A stretch of 56,083 nucleotides of DNA from Asterionella formosa. Lineage: Eukaryota. The first letter of the stretch is position 1; every line of letters begins with the position of its first letter. Below the pieces are notes generated by a model. That model was given only the letters and a program-made list of their open reading frames with translations, made no database searches and was not told the origin of the DNA. Of the stretch, positions 1-12,073 are shown piece by piece. The stretch spans positions 1 through 56,083 of the forward strand of contig NKIB01013524.1 in assembly GCA_002256025.1 (NCBI GenBank), given 5' to 3'. The translations under genes were made by a program, and so were the position numbers.

Positions 1-373
1 TATCTGGTGGTATTTGGTGGTACCAGTTAAAAACTGTGAGCCACCGTTATTTTACTCCATCTTCCGACTGAAAATATTTGAGTAATTTATCAATCGAAAC
101 CTGATGCAAGTACGAAGAGTATGTTAGACAATGCACTCTACTCAACAGATGAGTAATCAGTTTTGATTCAGTGTACAAAGCCATGAAGATGTAATATTTT
201 CAAAGTTATTAAGATTGTTGCATAGCGGTGGCTTAGGGCCAATCTTAACAGAGATACAAATTATTTTTTGTTGTATCTTGAGAAAAAAAGAATCTTTACA
301 GAGATACATTTCACAAATATATCTCTGGAACGGTTGAAACAGTTAGCCGTCTTCTTTATGTCTCTGCAAACAT

Positions 374-726
374 GTGCATCAGACTCAACAACAAAATTGC
401 ATTGTGAGCTTCAATCATTCAATGTGTCTGACCATTATCATTGCTGTAACGACAACAACAAATCGTCCGGAAGAACCTGACAGTTGGGATGTCATTGACA
501 ATCTTGATAAAGAAGCGGAACAACAGAGCTTTTTGTTACTTGCAGCAGTTACATTATCATTTTTGGAGTCCTATGAACGAAACTCGAAGCCAGTGCGAAT
601 TCCAAAATGGGAGCATCAATGAATTGACTGGAATGAGCATGTTACAAAGCTTCTTCATGAGAATAGATTTCATCGTGAATATCACATGGCTGTCTCTTGA
701 AGCTTTCAATCAACTACTGAAACTCC
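374..726 (+). pseudogene. 5' remnant of a Harbinger-type (DDE_Tnp_4-like) transposase
   Basis: Across a stop and a frameshift it reads IDWNEHVTKLLHENRFHREYHM...SLEAFNQLLKL, resembling the N-terminal F-x-x-x-YRMS-x-x-x-F-x-x-L motif of Harbinger transposases; lies just inside the left TIR. Confidence 0.55.
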
Positions 727-739
727 ATTGACTTTCCAT

Positions 740-995
740 CACATCATTTGTGGACAAGAAATTATGTCGGGGGCTCAGCGTGTTCTTGACCCAGACTTGT
801 TGGAAGAGCGGGCCAAAGCATGAGGAATCGATGTATCGACAATTCAGGATTATGTGAACTTGTTCCGTAATGGTGCTCTTCCCCATGGTGGAGGAGGTAT
901 TGGACTCAAGCGTGTCGTTATGCAATTTTTAGGGCTGCCCAACATTCGAACGGCAGCCTGGTTCCCTCGTGACCCCAAGCGTCTGAATCCTTTAT
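740..995 (+). pseudogene. C-terminal fragment of cytosolic aspartyl-tRNA synthetase
   Basis: [82 protein letters not shown]: class II motif 3 and FPRDP tail; in-frame TGA at 821-823; no N-terminal part. Confidence 0.9.
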
Positions 996-1099
996 TAACG
1001 GTTGCCCAACCATATACTATTGGGTTCTTACCTACTGCATGCAGCCGTTGTCAGAAATGATTTGACAAATATAATGACATTTTTTACCTTACTGAGACA

Positions 1100-1677
1100 T
1101 TTAATTATAGAGTTTTCACCAGTAGGCTCGTTGCAGCGGTTGCAAATCAATAATCATAATCATCATGCTATCTCCGCCAATACCTTGTTGGGTAGATCAA
1201 TGATCCTCACTAATGATTTTATCTAGCATCTCAATTCCAATCTCTACTGGCGTCTTGGTGTCAATTCGCTCACTCACGTATTTTAACCGTCTGGTTGTTA
1301 GTGAGGCAATCCCAAATACCATCACAACCCAAAATAATGAATTCGTCATTTGGATGCAGAATCACCTAAACAATATCGGGTTCCATTGTAATCATTTGTC
1401 CTGCTGGGTGAGTTCCTGGAACATTTTTATTTTTCAGATGATCACCAATGGATCAAGAAATGTTCAAGTTTCCATTCACACGCCCGAATTGGTTGACAAA
1501 TCGACCAGCCTTGTGAATTCTATCAATTTCTCGATCTTGCTGTGGTTTGTGGTCGAAACTTAATGCTTCCGTCTTTCCACCCTCCCTATAAAGGACAGGT
1601 TGGGAATCCCCAGCATTCGCATCAGTTAGTGTACATCCAATGATAACCGCCACAATTGCTGTACAGCCGGCATGAAT
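1100..1677 (-). pseudogene. C-terminal fragment of a PP2C (PPM) phosphatase
   Basis: HAGCTAIVAV...ANAGDS...LSFDHKP...GRVNGNLNIS*SIGDLK...DEFIILGCDGIWDCL...GIGGDSMMIMIIDL, with several stops and a frameshift. Confidence 0.9.
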
Positions 1678-1679
1678 TT

Positions 1680-2450
1680 GGGAGCAGTTGCAGCATTTCT
1701 TTTCCTCTGATTCTTGGGAGGTTGTCCAAGTTTCTTAATAATCTGGTGGGGTCTTTCAGAATCGTCATCCAATAAAATATCAGCACCAGGAACTGGAGAT
1801 GGAAATGCAGACAATTGGGAAGGAGATAATTCGGAATCTGTACTTGAGTCATTGGCAATATCTTCTCTGGTAGTAGAAAGTTGCTTTGATAGTATTAGGC
1901 CAGGAGACTTCCTTGTTGATGATTCAGAAGTAAAGGGAGAGCCTTTTCTTTTCAGATACTTCTTTAGGCGAGGAGAAAACCTTGTTGATGATTCAGGAGT
2001 AACGGGAGCTCCGTTTCTTTTCAGATACTTCTTTGGTTCTTTTGATGACTTTTTGTTGTACCCCATCATGTCTCAAAGATCAAGAGTCTTTAACAAAACT
2101 CTTAATGAGTGTAATCATTATCATATTTGTTTTGTTTCTGTATCCGGCGATTTTAAAGTGAACGCGAATACAACGAAGTCGTTGTAGCGATATCTGTTGA
2201 ATGAGCATGTCTTTTATCGTCCTCAAAGACCCTTCATTGTCAATGAAAAAATCAGCAGGAGTGATACATGCAACCCACTGGTCATCCTGCTTCCTTGCTG
2301 CAGAGTAAGTTTCATTATCCGAAGATTCAAATAATGCCATTGCGTAAGTCGTTTACAAGTGATGAAAAGCATTATTTCATGAGTAGCTAGAGATAATAAT
2401 AATTGCTGCTGAGAATCACTCCTCCCAAAATACATTTCTGTTGTTGCCAT
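1680..2450 (-). pseudogene. Truncated second ORF (accessory/DNA-binding protein) of the Harbinger-like element
   Basis: Broken ORFs 2223-2450, 2080-2340 and 1626-2069, convergent with the transposase remnant; an internal duplication of about 69 bp; homologous to the relic at 44130-45060. Confidence 0.5.
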
Positions 2451-4249
2451 TAGAGATAAAAATGGTGTCTTTGTTGATTTATTTAATTACATGACATTTT
2501 TTAAATTTATTTAATTAATGTTGCTTCTCGCTATAACTGCAGCGATACACACAGAGACACATTTCAGAGCAACAAAAAATGTGTTGTTGGAAGCAACGTA
2601 TCACCCGGATATGTGAGATACAAAAAATTGGGCCAAGCAACAAAAAGTTGGGCCAAACAACATCTTTTTGATTTTTGTATCTGTGTTAAGATTGGCGCTT
2701 ACAGTGCATATTTTTCTATTCATACATGAGTATATTTCCTTTCAAACCGTGATTATTTTTACTCCGATTATACTACAGAAATTCTTTTCGTATTACTTTA
2801 TGCACCTGTTAGGCGTGACAGAATGATTTTTGTGCTTGCATCATCACCAAATGCTTCTGACGCATAATGTATTCGAAAGCAAAATGACCTCGTACCCCCA
2901 ATTAATTATACTAAAGTAATTCTATTGGAAGGACATTATCATTCTTGTACATATACCGGTGTCGGTGCACTTATAGAAAAGGCGATGCCAGCTCAATAGA
3001 GTAAACGTGAAAATATCCATCTTTCGTAATTTCGAGTCGGCTGCAACCTTTGGGCCGTAATAAGTATTTAGTTAACAGCTTACACAAAGCAACAATACAA
3101 GTACATAAGTATTGACTTGGTATATAAATCTGAACAACTCCTTTGTGACAATAATTAACATATCATGCAAACTAAGTTTTAATCGTGCGTTTACTCCTTT
3201 AGTGGTGCCTTACAGTTCAAAACTCGTCATAGCGGTGGCTTACAGTTTTAAACTGGTACTCTCTCTGGGCGAAATCAATTTCATCAAATCTTAAAATTTC
3301 TCCGGGGCCATTTTGACTCCTACGATTTTCTCCTGCAAAATTGCCCTTTAGTAGCTAGAGATCCATGAATATATTTTAATCATTTTTATTGTGCATTCTT
3401 ACTTCTGGTAGTCTATCTCTTGACTATGATGATGCTGGCAGTTACGAATTTCCAATCCCAACAACTTTGAAAAACTGCTGATTGAGATAGGTTGTTTTCA
3501 TCACTTCAGCCGGAAAAGGAGAACGATTTTGAGTTTGGAGAGAATAAAGGAACGTAAGCAATATTTGATTACCGGTACTTTTGCTTACTATTGCTTCGGG
3601 CCGCCCCTCTATTGCCCCGGCCATTGTCGTGTTTTCTTGACGTTTCCCTGTTCTGAAGAATAAAAATATTATGTAGCATGAAACCTAGTACGTCACTAAG
3701 TGGTGATCACCATGCATACAGATGATTTTGACGAGTGATCGAATTGATGATGTTTTTTATGTAATTAAGCGCCTGTCCTGCGTCACGTCATCAATTTCAG
3801 CAAAATAACAGCAACTTGCTGGTAACCAGGTAGTTCCAGTGCTACACCGAAATTACCGGCATAGTTCGGTACCAGGTACCTGGTACCAGGGACTAAGAGT
3901 ATCGAACCCTCCACCCAACAAGGCGACCCTACGAAAATGAGCACGAGGAGATAGTAAGAGGTGAATAAGGTTTATAATTGAACCAGAAGTCTCTAGGTAG
4001 TGCCAAATATAGTTGGAGTCGTGCAGTGTACCCCGCCAACTTGCCATCAGTTGTGATTGCCACTATCATCGCTTATTTGCGCAAGGTGAAAATGGTAAAC
4101 GGCCAATATTCTAAACTACAACATTAAACAGGGCTGAAAGTGACAAGAGTGTTAAGGAGGTTAAACAGTTACTGTCCCTGTTCAAGACACGAAAAGTGAC
4201 TCTAGCTAGCGCTTCGTTTCCAATTTTTTTTAATGGCCTGCAAGGGACC

Positions 4250-5291
4250 TCATGCAAGGTCTGAGGAGAGCTTCAGGCCATCAGCATAGCAACGGAAACT
4301 TCCAGCAATGTCTCTCAACGTGGGTTCCAACTTCTTGTAGCTAAAACAAGGAACAGAGCGGTGTTAGCAACTTTTATTGACGAGGGTACACCAGAGTTTA
4401 AAAAGAAGTTCAGGAACTTACCGTTGACGGATGGTAGCACACCACAACACTTCCACAGCATCGCCTTGGCTGGTGATGGATGCAACGCCTCTGCGGTCCA
4501 CTTCGAACCCAGCACCAGTCAGAAGTTCGTATTTAAAATCACAGATCACATACTTTTGGTCACGGTACTCTCCACTTCCTACCGCCACGTTGGTAACCTT
4601 GAAATTTTGGTATACGTTGTTTCCTTTCTGGGAGATCGCCTTGATAATCGCGTTTGCATAGAAATCCTTGTCTTGCCGGTCAATATTCTGCGGTGCATAG
4701 GAACAAAACAAAGGCTTGAGCGAGTTTCATACCAATACGAAAATTCATCATCCATCAACGTCATTACCTTTACATTTCCCAGATCACTGTACACAAAAAG
4801 GGTAGCAGTATCTCCTTTGGCGTACTCTCCAGCTTGGATGGTTCCATCTTCCCCGTTGACATCATTGCTAGGTAGAGTCACAACCCAATCGACGGGATGT
4901 GAAAAGGTAACCATGAGAGGGAAACGGTTCTTTCCCTTTCCGTAGATACTTGCCAAAGGTGTAAGACCCTGCGGAACAATCGCATCGGGGAGCCCATAGC
5001 TACAGGATCAAACGAATAGGGGGGTTAGATTCAAATAAAGATAGAACCAGTGTTTGGAAGGCCATTTCCTTACCTTGCGAGCAAAGCTCCAACCTTCTTG
5101 CCTCCTCCGACAGCAAGTGCAGGACTAGGGGCGACGAATCCACCAGAAAGTCCACCAGAAACGACAGCAGCTGATGTAGCAGCAACCTTATTGAGAAAAG
5201 CGCGACGGGAATCTCCACTGGCCGACATGTCCATAGAGAAAGCATTTGCCACAGGGACCAACATAGCAACGAAGAAAGCGGTTCTTAACAT
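4250..5291 (-). CDS. Thylakoid-lumen PsbP-domain-like protein, 4 exons
   Basis: Signal peptide ending ANA-F, then a twin-arginine SRRAFL Tat signal ending PALA. Exons about 5291-5074, 5000-4769, 4687-4422 and 4340-4250 with GT-AG introns. PsbP-like motifs FSHPVDW, DFKYELLTGAGFEVDRRG, LRDIAGSFR. Confidence 0.8.
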
Positions 5292-5980
5292 GATCGGTTT
5301 CCTTGCGTTGAAATTGAAATCAAATCAAAAAGATTGGCTTCCCTTTCTGTTCTGAATGAAGAAAGATATGATGAAATTGTCAAAAGAGCGTTGCGTGATG
5401 GGGAGCGAAACCCAAGATGTACCGGTAGCTGGCGCCAGTTTGCCCCACACGCCCACCACTGCTACCGATACCTCGTACCTGGTACCAGGTACCAGGTACC
5501 TGGTAGTATTTTACCGGTTGGATGGTTGAGCGAGCCTTGACATCAAAGAATTATTCTATATAGTAATTTGTATATACAAATAAATGTATAGTATTGCTGA
5601 ACCAGACTAGGGAAATTCACCGAGTACGTGTCTGATGGTTTTTGCTGCTCCTGCTGATCGATCCGTGGTTCAGCAGCCAAGAAGGATGCTTCGAAGACAA
5701 AATACCTGGTACCTGGTACCAGATACTAGTAAAAAATGACTTTGAGCCACTGAACGTTATGATATTCACAGTGTGCTGTGTACATAGATTTTTCTAATTT
5801 TTAGTACGACAAAGTTGTTTCTGACGTCGCGCCGGATACAACATACCGGTTATCTTGTTGTCGATTGCTGTTATGAATCACTGTCCTATCATGACATAGA
5901 TTCATGTGTCTGTCTGTTTGTCTGTGAACGCCTGTCTCGTGTTCTCGCTCTACCCTCTATCTTTACAACGTCTGCTTTGT

Positions 5981-7710
5981 AAGTTGCGGCCCCGGCTTAA
6001 CCCTAGTTTGGAGAAAATATCGCTAAGGTTGTAAAAACCGCGTGGAACAGGCAGTTTCCTACTATGAATTCCCATGATTCAAGTGTCCATTTGAATATAT
6101 CTTTAGTCGGAGACAATCTGCTTTGGAAGGTCGCTCTACACAGACTGGGCCATTGGATTTCAGAAAGGCAGGGTGGAGAAGAATGCAGATCCTGTGCAAT
6201 GGATCGGAAAGAAACCTTGGTTCTGGAATGTGTAGTGGAAGGCATCCTTTGTCGGTTTTTATTACCACTTAATGTCCTTGGCCATTGAAAGTCAGACTGT
6301 AGATTTGATAATTACTTATAGGACCATTTGGAGATCGCTCGAATTGTAGAATCATCATCACAGATGATTGTAGAGTAGATTACATTGTATTTAGTAATGG
6401 CATCAACCATCATTTCCACACCCTCATCTGGTTCTATTGCCTTCGAACTTCCAGTTATGTGATTCTTGGAGCAAACATGATGTTTGATAGGTTTCTTGTG
6501 CAATATAGCCCTATCACACACATTACAGACCTTTGATTTTACTAGATAGTCTAGGATCTTTCTCGTCTAGCCGCCAATACAGAATGCATGTTAACTTACA
6601 CAGTTGTATTTATTCCCACTGGATCGCTGCTGCCGTCCCATATCATAAGTAACAGTGAGTTGCAGCATCTTGAGTACAGACATGCGTTCTGTAACAGATA
6701 GACTATTCACCACTGGAAATCTCGTCCTTTGTCAGCCCAATCGCCGCGTTCACGCACATTCAGTGTTTGATATATTTCCTCCCGATAAGCCTCTTCCATA
6801 GCAAGAGCTGTGGTTGCCACTTCCGCCTCACCGACTTTCTCTTCTACCGGAGTGAAATTACCTTGGGTTGACCAAAATCCAACTGCAAGAGGTAAGTTCA
6901 TTGCGGAACAAACAATGTCGGCGTCACCAGGTCCCAATCCAGCTTCGTGACAACCAAGAATAAACTTCTGGTTGATTGCAACCTGTTTTGCTTCTTTTTT
7001 CTTTATCTCGCCATGGTCTTCATCTTCGTTGTTGCAGCTTCATGCAGATTCGAGTTTAGCAACCTGTTTTTGGCAGGTCAAACATGTTATTTTGATGGCA
7101 CTTGCCAACCCATAGTTCTCCGATGACACGCCAATCAACGGTTGCATTACTGATTTTTCTAACAAGGGTTGTTCCAAGAAAGAATCACATTTCTCTGACA
7201 TTGTAATGTGGTAGGCACTATTGTTTTGTAGGTCAGTTACAAAGACACAAACAGTTAGTTTACTATATTCGTCAATAAATGTACTAAGACATGTTCTGCA
7301 AAACACATTTTCCTGCAGCAATGTTGAAAAAAAGTAGATAGCCGTTTACCCTCCTATTACGTCAGGAGTTAAACTTCTGGAGAGAAACTGCAGTTATGTA
7401 TCTTAGATTTTTAGAAAAGCTTTGTAGCCCCTTTTTTGACTATTTTTGCGATAGTTACGATTCTACGATACATAATTGCAGTTTCTTTCCAGAAATGAGG
7501 ACCTTACCATGATATCCGAAGATAGAACATACCCCTAGCTAAGTCGACCCATGACTGTATCTAAGCATGTGCAAAGTGGTCGTGTTGGTGAAAGCTAATT
7601 TTACCTTTAACTATTTTATATACTTGTACGTAATGTGTGGACTGAGGTACATCATATAATCTTTTTTGGAGAGAACAGACCTCGCAATGTGTAACTGCAG
7701 GGCCGCAACC
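5981..7710 (-). mobile_element. Decayed, internally deleted Kolobok/Mutator-like DNA transposon
   Basis: Minus-strand fragments TVTYDMGRQQRSSG, CSKNHITGSSKAIE, IICDDDSTIRA, FLSDPLHRI, ADCLRLK. Short inverted ends AAGTTGCGGCCC (5981-5992) and GGGCCGCAACCT (7700-7711), with TTAA on the right. Both end regions recur inverted at 26650-26960 and 28585-28705. Confidence 0.7.
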
Positions 7711-8143
7711 TTAATATACTCTAATCACTCTTTTATCATACCCCCATCCAAACTCCTCTTGAGCTTGTCAGGTTCATTAATCAACTCACACTACTCTCCT
7801 CCTCCTTTTCCTCCTTCGTCATTGTTGTCCTTCTCCATCATTCCCTCTTTCACCATATCGATTAGGTCTTGTGTTTTAGATAATCAGATAAATGTGTCAG
7901 AAAGTAGCGATTGGCGTAAAAGTGGCAAAAACAATATTATACCATTGAGCTGGTATCTCCCGGAAATGCACATATAAATTTTTGAAGAATATCTAATATA
8001 TATTTCATTACATTTAACCAACACAGACAATTTACTATAGCAATGAATGAATCAATTAGTCAGCATTCTAAGTTAATGAATGCAATAATTCTTGAAGGCC
8101 AAAAAATCGCGCCATATTTATGTGTGAGACACCATAATTCACA

Positions 8144-9020
8144 TCAGAAATTGCTTCCGATGCACCATGAAATGAAGCGAATTGCGATCACCTTATTAAC
8201 ATTGATGAAACCTACAGCAAGAAAACAGCCTGAACCATCCAAAAAATAGAAGGTGATACTACCTAACTCATTGGATAAGACTGTAGTGTTGCCTATTTTA
8301 AATAAAATAGTTATGGGATTAGAAAATTCAAAGGCAAATAACAAAGGAAAACTAACATATGGTGCAATCTCAAATATTGTTGCATCTAAGGTGGCTACAC
8401 TGACATGGCTAACAAAACTATGGTCAAGTACCATTTGCAGAAGCTAAATCAGGCGGAAAAGGCAACTAATTCACTAGTACAATTACCTGCTTCTGTGACA
8501 CTAAATGATTCACAGTCATTGGCAGGACAAATCTCATCAATTTCTACCCTGACTCCGAATTCAAGGATTAACATCAAACCCCCAGTTGATACATTCATGA
8601 GTAGTGATGGTGCAAGTGTTGCAAGGATGAGAAATAATGAAGGAAAAGAACAAGAAGCAAATAATGAAAACAGAAGGGTGAGAAAGAATGAAGAGAAAGG
8701 ACAAGAAGCAAATAATGAAGGTGGACTTACCTGTGAAGATTTGGGGAATGTCCCGAAAACTGATAACAATGATGCCACCCTTTATGGGCGTCCAAAGGGC
8801 AGCACCAATGCCATGTCAAGAGATAATGAACAACGCATTGCACGAGAAATCGCTGAGGCCTCACAGCAATACAGGGTTGTTAAAAATCATGCAAAACATA
8901 ACTATACTTATGCTGCAAGAGGTGAACTTACCAAAATAATCAAAGTTTACAAACAGAATGAAGAACCAAGCTGCACCTTCCACCCATATCATTTCCTTCA
9001 CAGTCTGTGCATGTGCTAGG
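8144..9020 (+). pseudogene. N-terminal remnant of a pogo/Tc1-mariner-like transposase
   Basis: Frameshifted ORFs 8253-8447 and 8405-9019 with YGAISNIV...WLTKTMVKYHL and GRPKGST...ARGELTKII, a pattern I associate with diatom pogo-like transposases; no catalytic domain seen. Confidence 0.4.
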
Positions 9021-9835
9021 GGAAATATGTCTTTTGCCACCTCCTTGAAACCCATCCGGAAATTCAACTGACAAGTACCTCAAATCTGCAAACAGAAGCA
9101 AATAAAAATCAACTCGCCTCTTCCATTCCCCCATCCGGACTAAACATAGTAATGTATTCTGTGATAAAGGGTTGTTGAGTTTAGTAGCCTTCCGCAATCC
9201 TGCAGAATGTAATGTTGTATTGTGAATATGTGCTTTTTATGGCACGCTAAGCTATCCGAAAGTCTGTGCTGAGGTTGCTTCTTGCCCTTGCAGCTTTTGT
9301 CAAGCTCACAGAGGTTGGTACTATCATTCGTACATTCTTGTAAGAACAACACCTTCAACCCCAACCAAGTATTCCAATCTAGTCAGATGCAACGCTGTGT
9401 CATGCCATTCAAGAGTGCATACAAGTGTCATGCCATTCAAGAGTGCATACAAGATGCAGGAAAAAAGCCAAGAGAGTCTATGTTTTTACAAGCAGTTGCT
9501 GAAGTTGGAGTCGAGTTTATTTATCGAAAAGTGGCTTTGAATAGGTCCAAGTTGAAATTTGCATGACCTATTGAATGTTTGTACTGAAAGAAGTGTGAGC
9601 GAAAATCATAGCAATTTGATTTGTGCCAAAAAACATAGGTCAACATTAGCTGTCTTACGGAGAAAATGAACATCAGCATTTTTTGCAATATACGGTATCC
9701 AAGGTGACAGATTTTGTCTGGAATTGATTGACTATATGGAGTTAACACGGGACATGAACATACACCTTCAAAAACCAATTATCCTCTTGGCTGTTTTGCC
9801 AATATGCGACGATCGTTTTATATCATCTCAGCTGA

Positions 9836-11284
9836 CTAACTTGACAAGCCAAAACACTCAGTGCTTTCATCAAGCATCTCAATAATTCCCAAAATTTCAG
9901 CCCGTAAAGCTTGCAGGCAAGCCTTTTCTTCGAGACGAATCGTCAAGCCATAGACAGCTCGGGGAACATCAAGGGAAGTTTGTTGAATGTAACACAATAA
10001 TTTTCTATCATTCGTGCAAATGGCATCATCAATCCCATATATGCTAATACATTTATACCTTGCAAACTTCTTGCATAATGCTTTCAACAGTGTCTGGCAA
10101 ACGATTTTTCCGAGAAAATAATCATCCAACATACTGCGATTCAGTAGGGAGCCATTAGTATCTCCATTGAAATATTCTGCATATGCGTCAGATGGGAATA
10201 GAAGGAGGCAGCACAACGTTACAAGCTCATCAGAGAGTGGTTCGGCAAAATCTATGACAAGATCATCTGGAATAGCGCTCAAATCTCTCATTTGCTGCTC
10301 GTCCATGTCAAGGTACCATACCTCATCTTCTGACATGCCATTGAGCTCCATACCCTGTCGCAGCTTGTCCACAAAGGTCGATGTAACAACAGCCTTGCAT
10401 GCTTCAACAACTTCGGCTTTGGAGAGATTCGCAGGTGAAATGGAATGATCAGGAATAATCCCTCTATCAGTGCAAAATAAATCAGAAGATCGTTTCGGTA
10501 CAAAGCCAAAAGTCTGAAGCAATTCGCTAGATGTCAAATTGTCCCCATAGGAATGAAAAATTTCTTCCCCGAGGTTGATGTCGCGTTCAGCTATCATGAA
10601 GAAAGCCATAGTATTTGAATCTCGCTGTAGCTTTGTGCATTTATTCACTGGATCATGATTCAGCAAATCTATAACTGGCAGGAGAAATGGTCCATGAAAG
10701 GCCCCATCTTGAGATCCTTCTAGCCGAAGGTGGAATCCTCTCGTCGACAAACACATGCACGCATACCGGAAGTCTTCAATGTCTGTTTCTTCACTTTTAA
10801 TGTTATTCGTTCCAATAACTCCTAGGTCGTCTAGATATGGTCTAACAGCACTCATGAATCCTGACTCAAGGGCCTTCTCCTCGCGATCTGACATTGCCAT
10901 TGCCCCAAGAGTCGTCCCAGCTAAATAGCATCCTATCTCACGACTTGACCACTCCATCAAGGTATCAAAACCTGTTGGAAGCGAGTCTAGATAGGGCTTG
11001 AACGCCTGCGTCTCTTTCTTTGCCTTATAAAAGGCGCCGATAGTTCTCAACCAAGGCGATGCAACGATGTTACTGCTGTAGCTGGCGGGTACTTTTTCTC
11101 CGCATAGTACAAAACTCGGTGGTAGTATTATGAGCGGTTCTCCTTTCTTGATAGCTTTATGAGCAAACACACCTCTTGTGGGTCCAGAGCCTCGTATCTC
11201 AAGAGCGACGTGGACATGACCCTCACTGCTGCTTCGAATCCACTGAACAAGAGTTTCAAATGTTTTCCTGTTGTCTACTACCAT
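9836..11284 (-). CDS. SET-domain lysine methyltransferase (SETD6/Rubisco-LSMT-like)
   Basis: 482-aa intact ORF with RGVFA, LLPVIDLLNHDP and GEEIFHSYG...ELLQTFGFV SET motifs. Confidence 0.9.
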   Translation of the reverse strand: MVVDNRKTFETLVQWIRSSSEGHVHVALEIRGSGPTRGVFAHKAIKKGEPLIILPPSFVLCGEKVPASYSSNIVASPWLRTIGAFYKAKKETQAFKPYLDSLPTGFDTLMEWSSREIGCYLAGTTLGAMAMSDREEKALESGFMSAVRPYLDDLGVIGTNNIKSEETDIEDFRYACMCLSTRGFHLRLEGSQDGAFHGPFLLPVIDLLNHDPVNKCTKLQRDSNTMAFFMIAERDINLGEEIFHSYGDNLTSSELLQTFGFVPKRSSDLFCTDRGIIPDHSISPANLSKAEVVEACKAVVTSTFVDKLRQGMELNGMSEDEVWYLDMDEQQMRDLSAIPDDLVIDFAEPLSDELVTLCCLLLFPSDAYAEYFNGDTNGSLLNRSMLDDYFLGKIVCQTLLKALCKKFARYKCISIYGIDDAICTNDRKLLCYIQQTSLDVPRAVYGLTIRLEEKACLQALRAEILGIIEMLDESTECFGLSS

Positions 11285-12073
11285 CGTAGCTGAAACAGAT
11301 CCAGAAACAAGGTAGTCTTGCTAGTTGGGAAGGAGGCGCAGAGATGGTAAAACAATCTATCGTTGTTCTTCCTCGTCGGTATAATCATCAGTTTTCTGTG
11401 GTTCGAACATCATTTAACTAATAACTGAAGTTCGCAAGGGATGAGCCACGGTCTGTCGACTATAATACAATATATGGCACCTGGTACCAGGTACTGGTGG
11501 TCGTACCTGGTAATTTAGATCTGAGATATACGGTATTGGTATGTAGTCTACATCTTCTGACAGGTAGAGAAGGTAGTTCCAAGTTCCAAATTCCAGGTTC
11601 CAGGTATACTGGAATCTAGGTCTACATACGGTAGATTGGCTTGGCTCATTTAAAAATATACCAGTAGTTGCAGCCAGCATCATCAACGCTCCTTGATTGT
11701 CATCTTTCAGCATTTTTGTATCCTCATGTTTGCTCTTGACTCTATACCAGGAGTACTATACACACCCCTATCATCATATAAAATTCCTTTGAGGAATATC
11801 AAGTAGAGTCATGACTTCATTGACTACTTTCACGTTATATCTAATGTCGAGTATTATATTAGGTAGTGGTGATAAATGGATCGCAAAGCCTGACCCCAGT
11901 GTGGATGCCCCCACCCCTGTTAGAGCTCTTGCCGAGAAGATTATAAATGGAAGTAGAAAGAAAAAAGCACGAGGAAAAGTAAAATAGAGTACCTGGAATG
12001 ACAGTAACTACAATGCGCCAGTCTTTCATTCGTCGTGCCATAAAATGAGGAAAGGTTAGCTGCACCACCACCT

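Larger units (their letters stand above)
236..2698. mobile_element. PIF/Harbinger-like DNA transposon derivative carrying captured host gene fragments
   Basis: TIRs GGGCCAATCTTAACAGAGATACAAA (236-260) and TTTGTATCTGTGTTAAGATTGGCGC (2674-2698); TTA target duplication at 233-235 and 2699-2701. The joined flanks (CATAGCGGTGGCTTACAGT) occur uninterrupted at 3228-3246. Confidence 0.85.
23..3256. mobile_element. Non-autonomous TIR element (MITE-like, about 770 bp without the nested insertion), flanked by TA
   Basis: Left end CCAGTTAAAAACTGTGAGCCACCGTTA (23-49) is the inverted copy of TAGCGGTGGCTTACAGTTTTAAACTGG (3230-3256). TA lies at 21-22 and 3257-3258. A related end (TA-CCAGTCAAAAACTG) occurs at about 26980. 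Confidence 0.7.

Noticed and set aside
821..823. In-frame TGA in the AspRS fragment as recoding or selenocysteine
   Set aside because: The fragment lacks its N-terminus, and the adjacent PP2C fragment has TGA, TAG and a frameshift, so this is decay.
4361..4945. 194-aa plus-strand ORF and similar antisense ORFs over real genes
   Set aside because: Shadow of the spliced minus-strand gene; no motifs of its own.
3853..5540. Short ORFs with YQVPGT peptides (3853-4047, 5334-5540; also 11414-11713, 23120-23356)
   Set aside because: Translations of the non-coding TACCAGG arrays.
9397..9453. Exact tandem duplication of about 28 bp
   Set aside because: Ordinary slippage duplication within TE debris.
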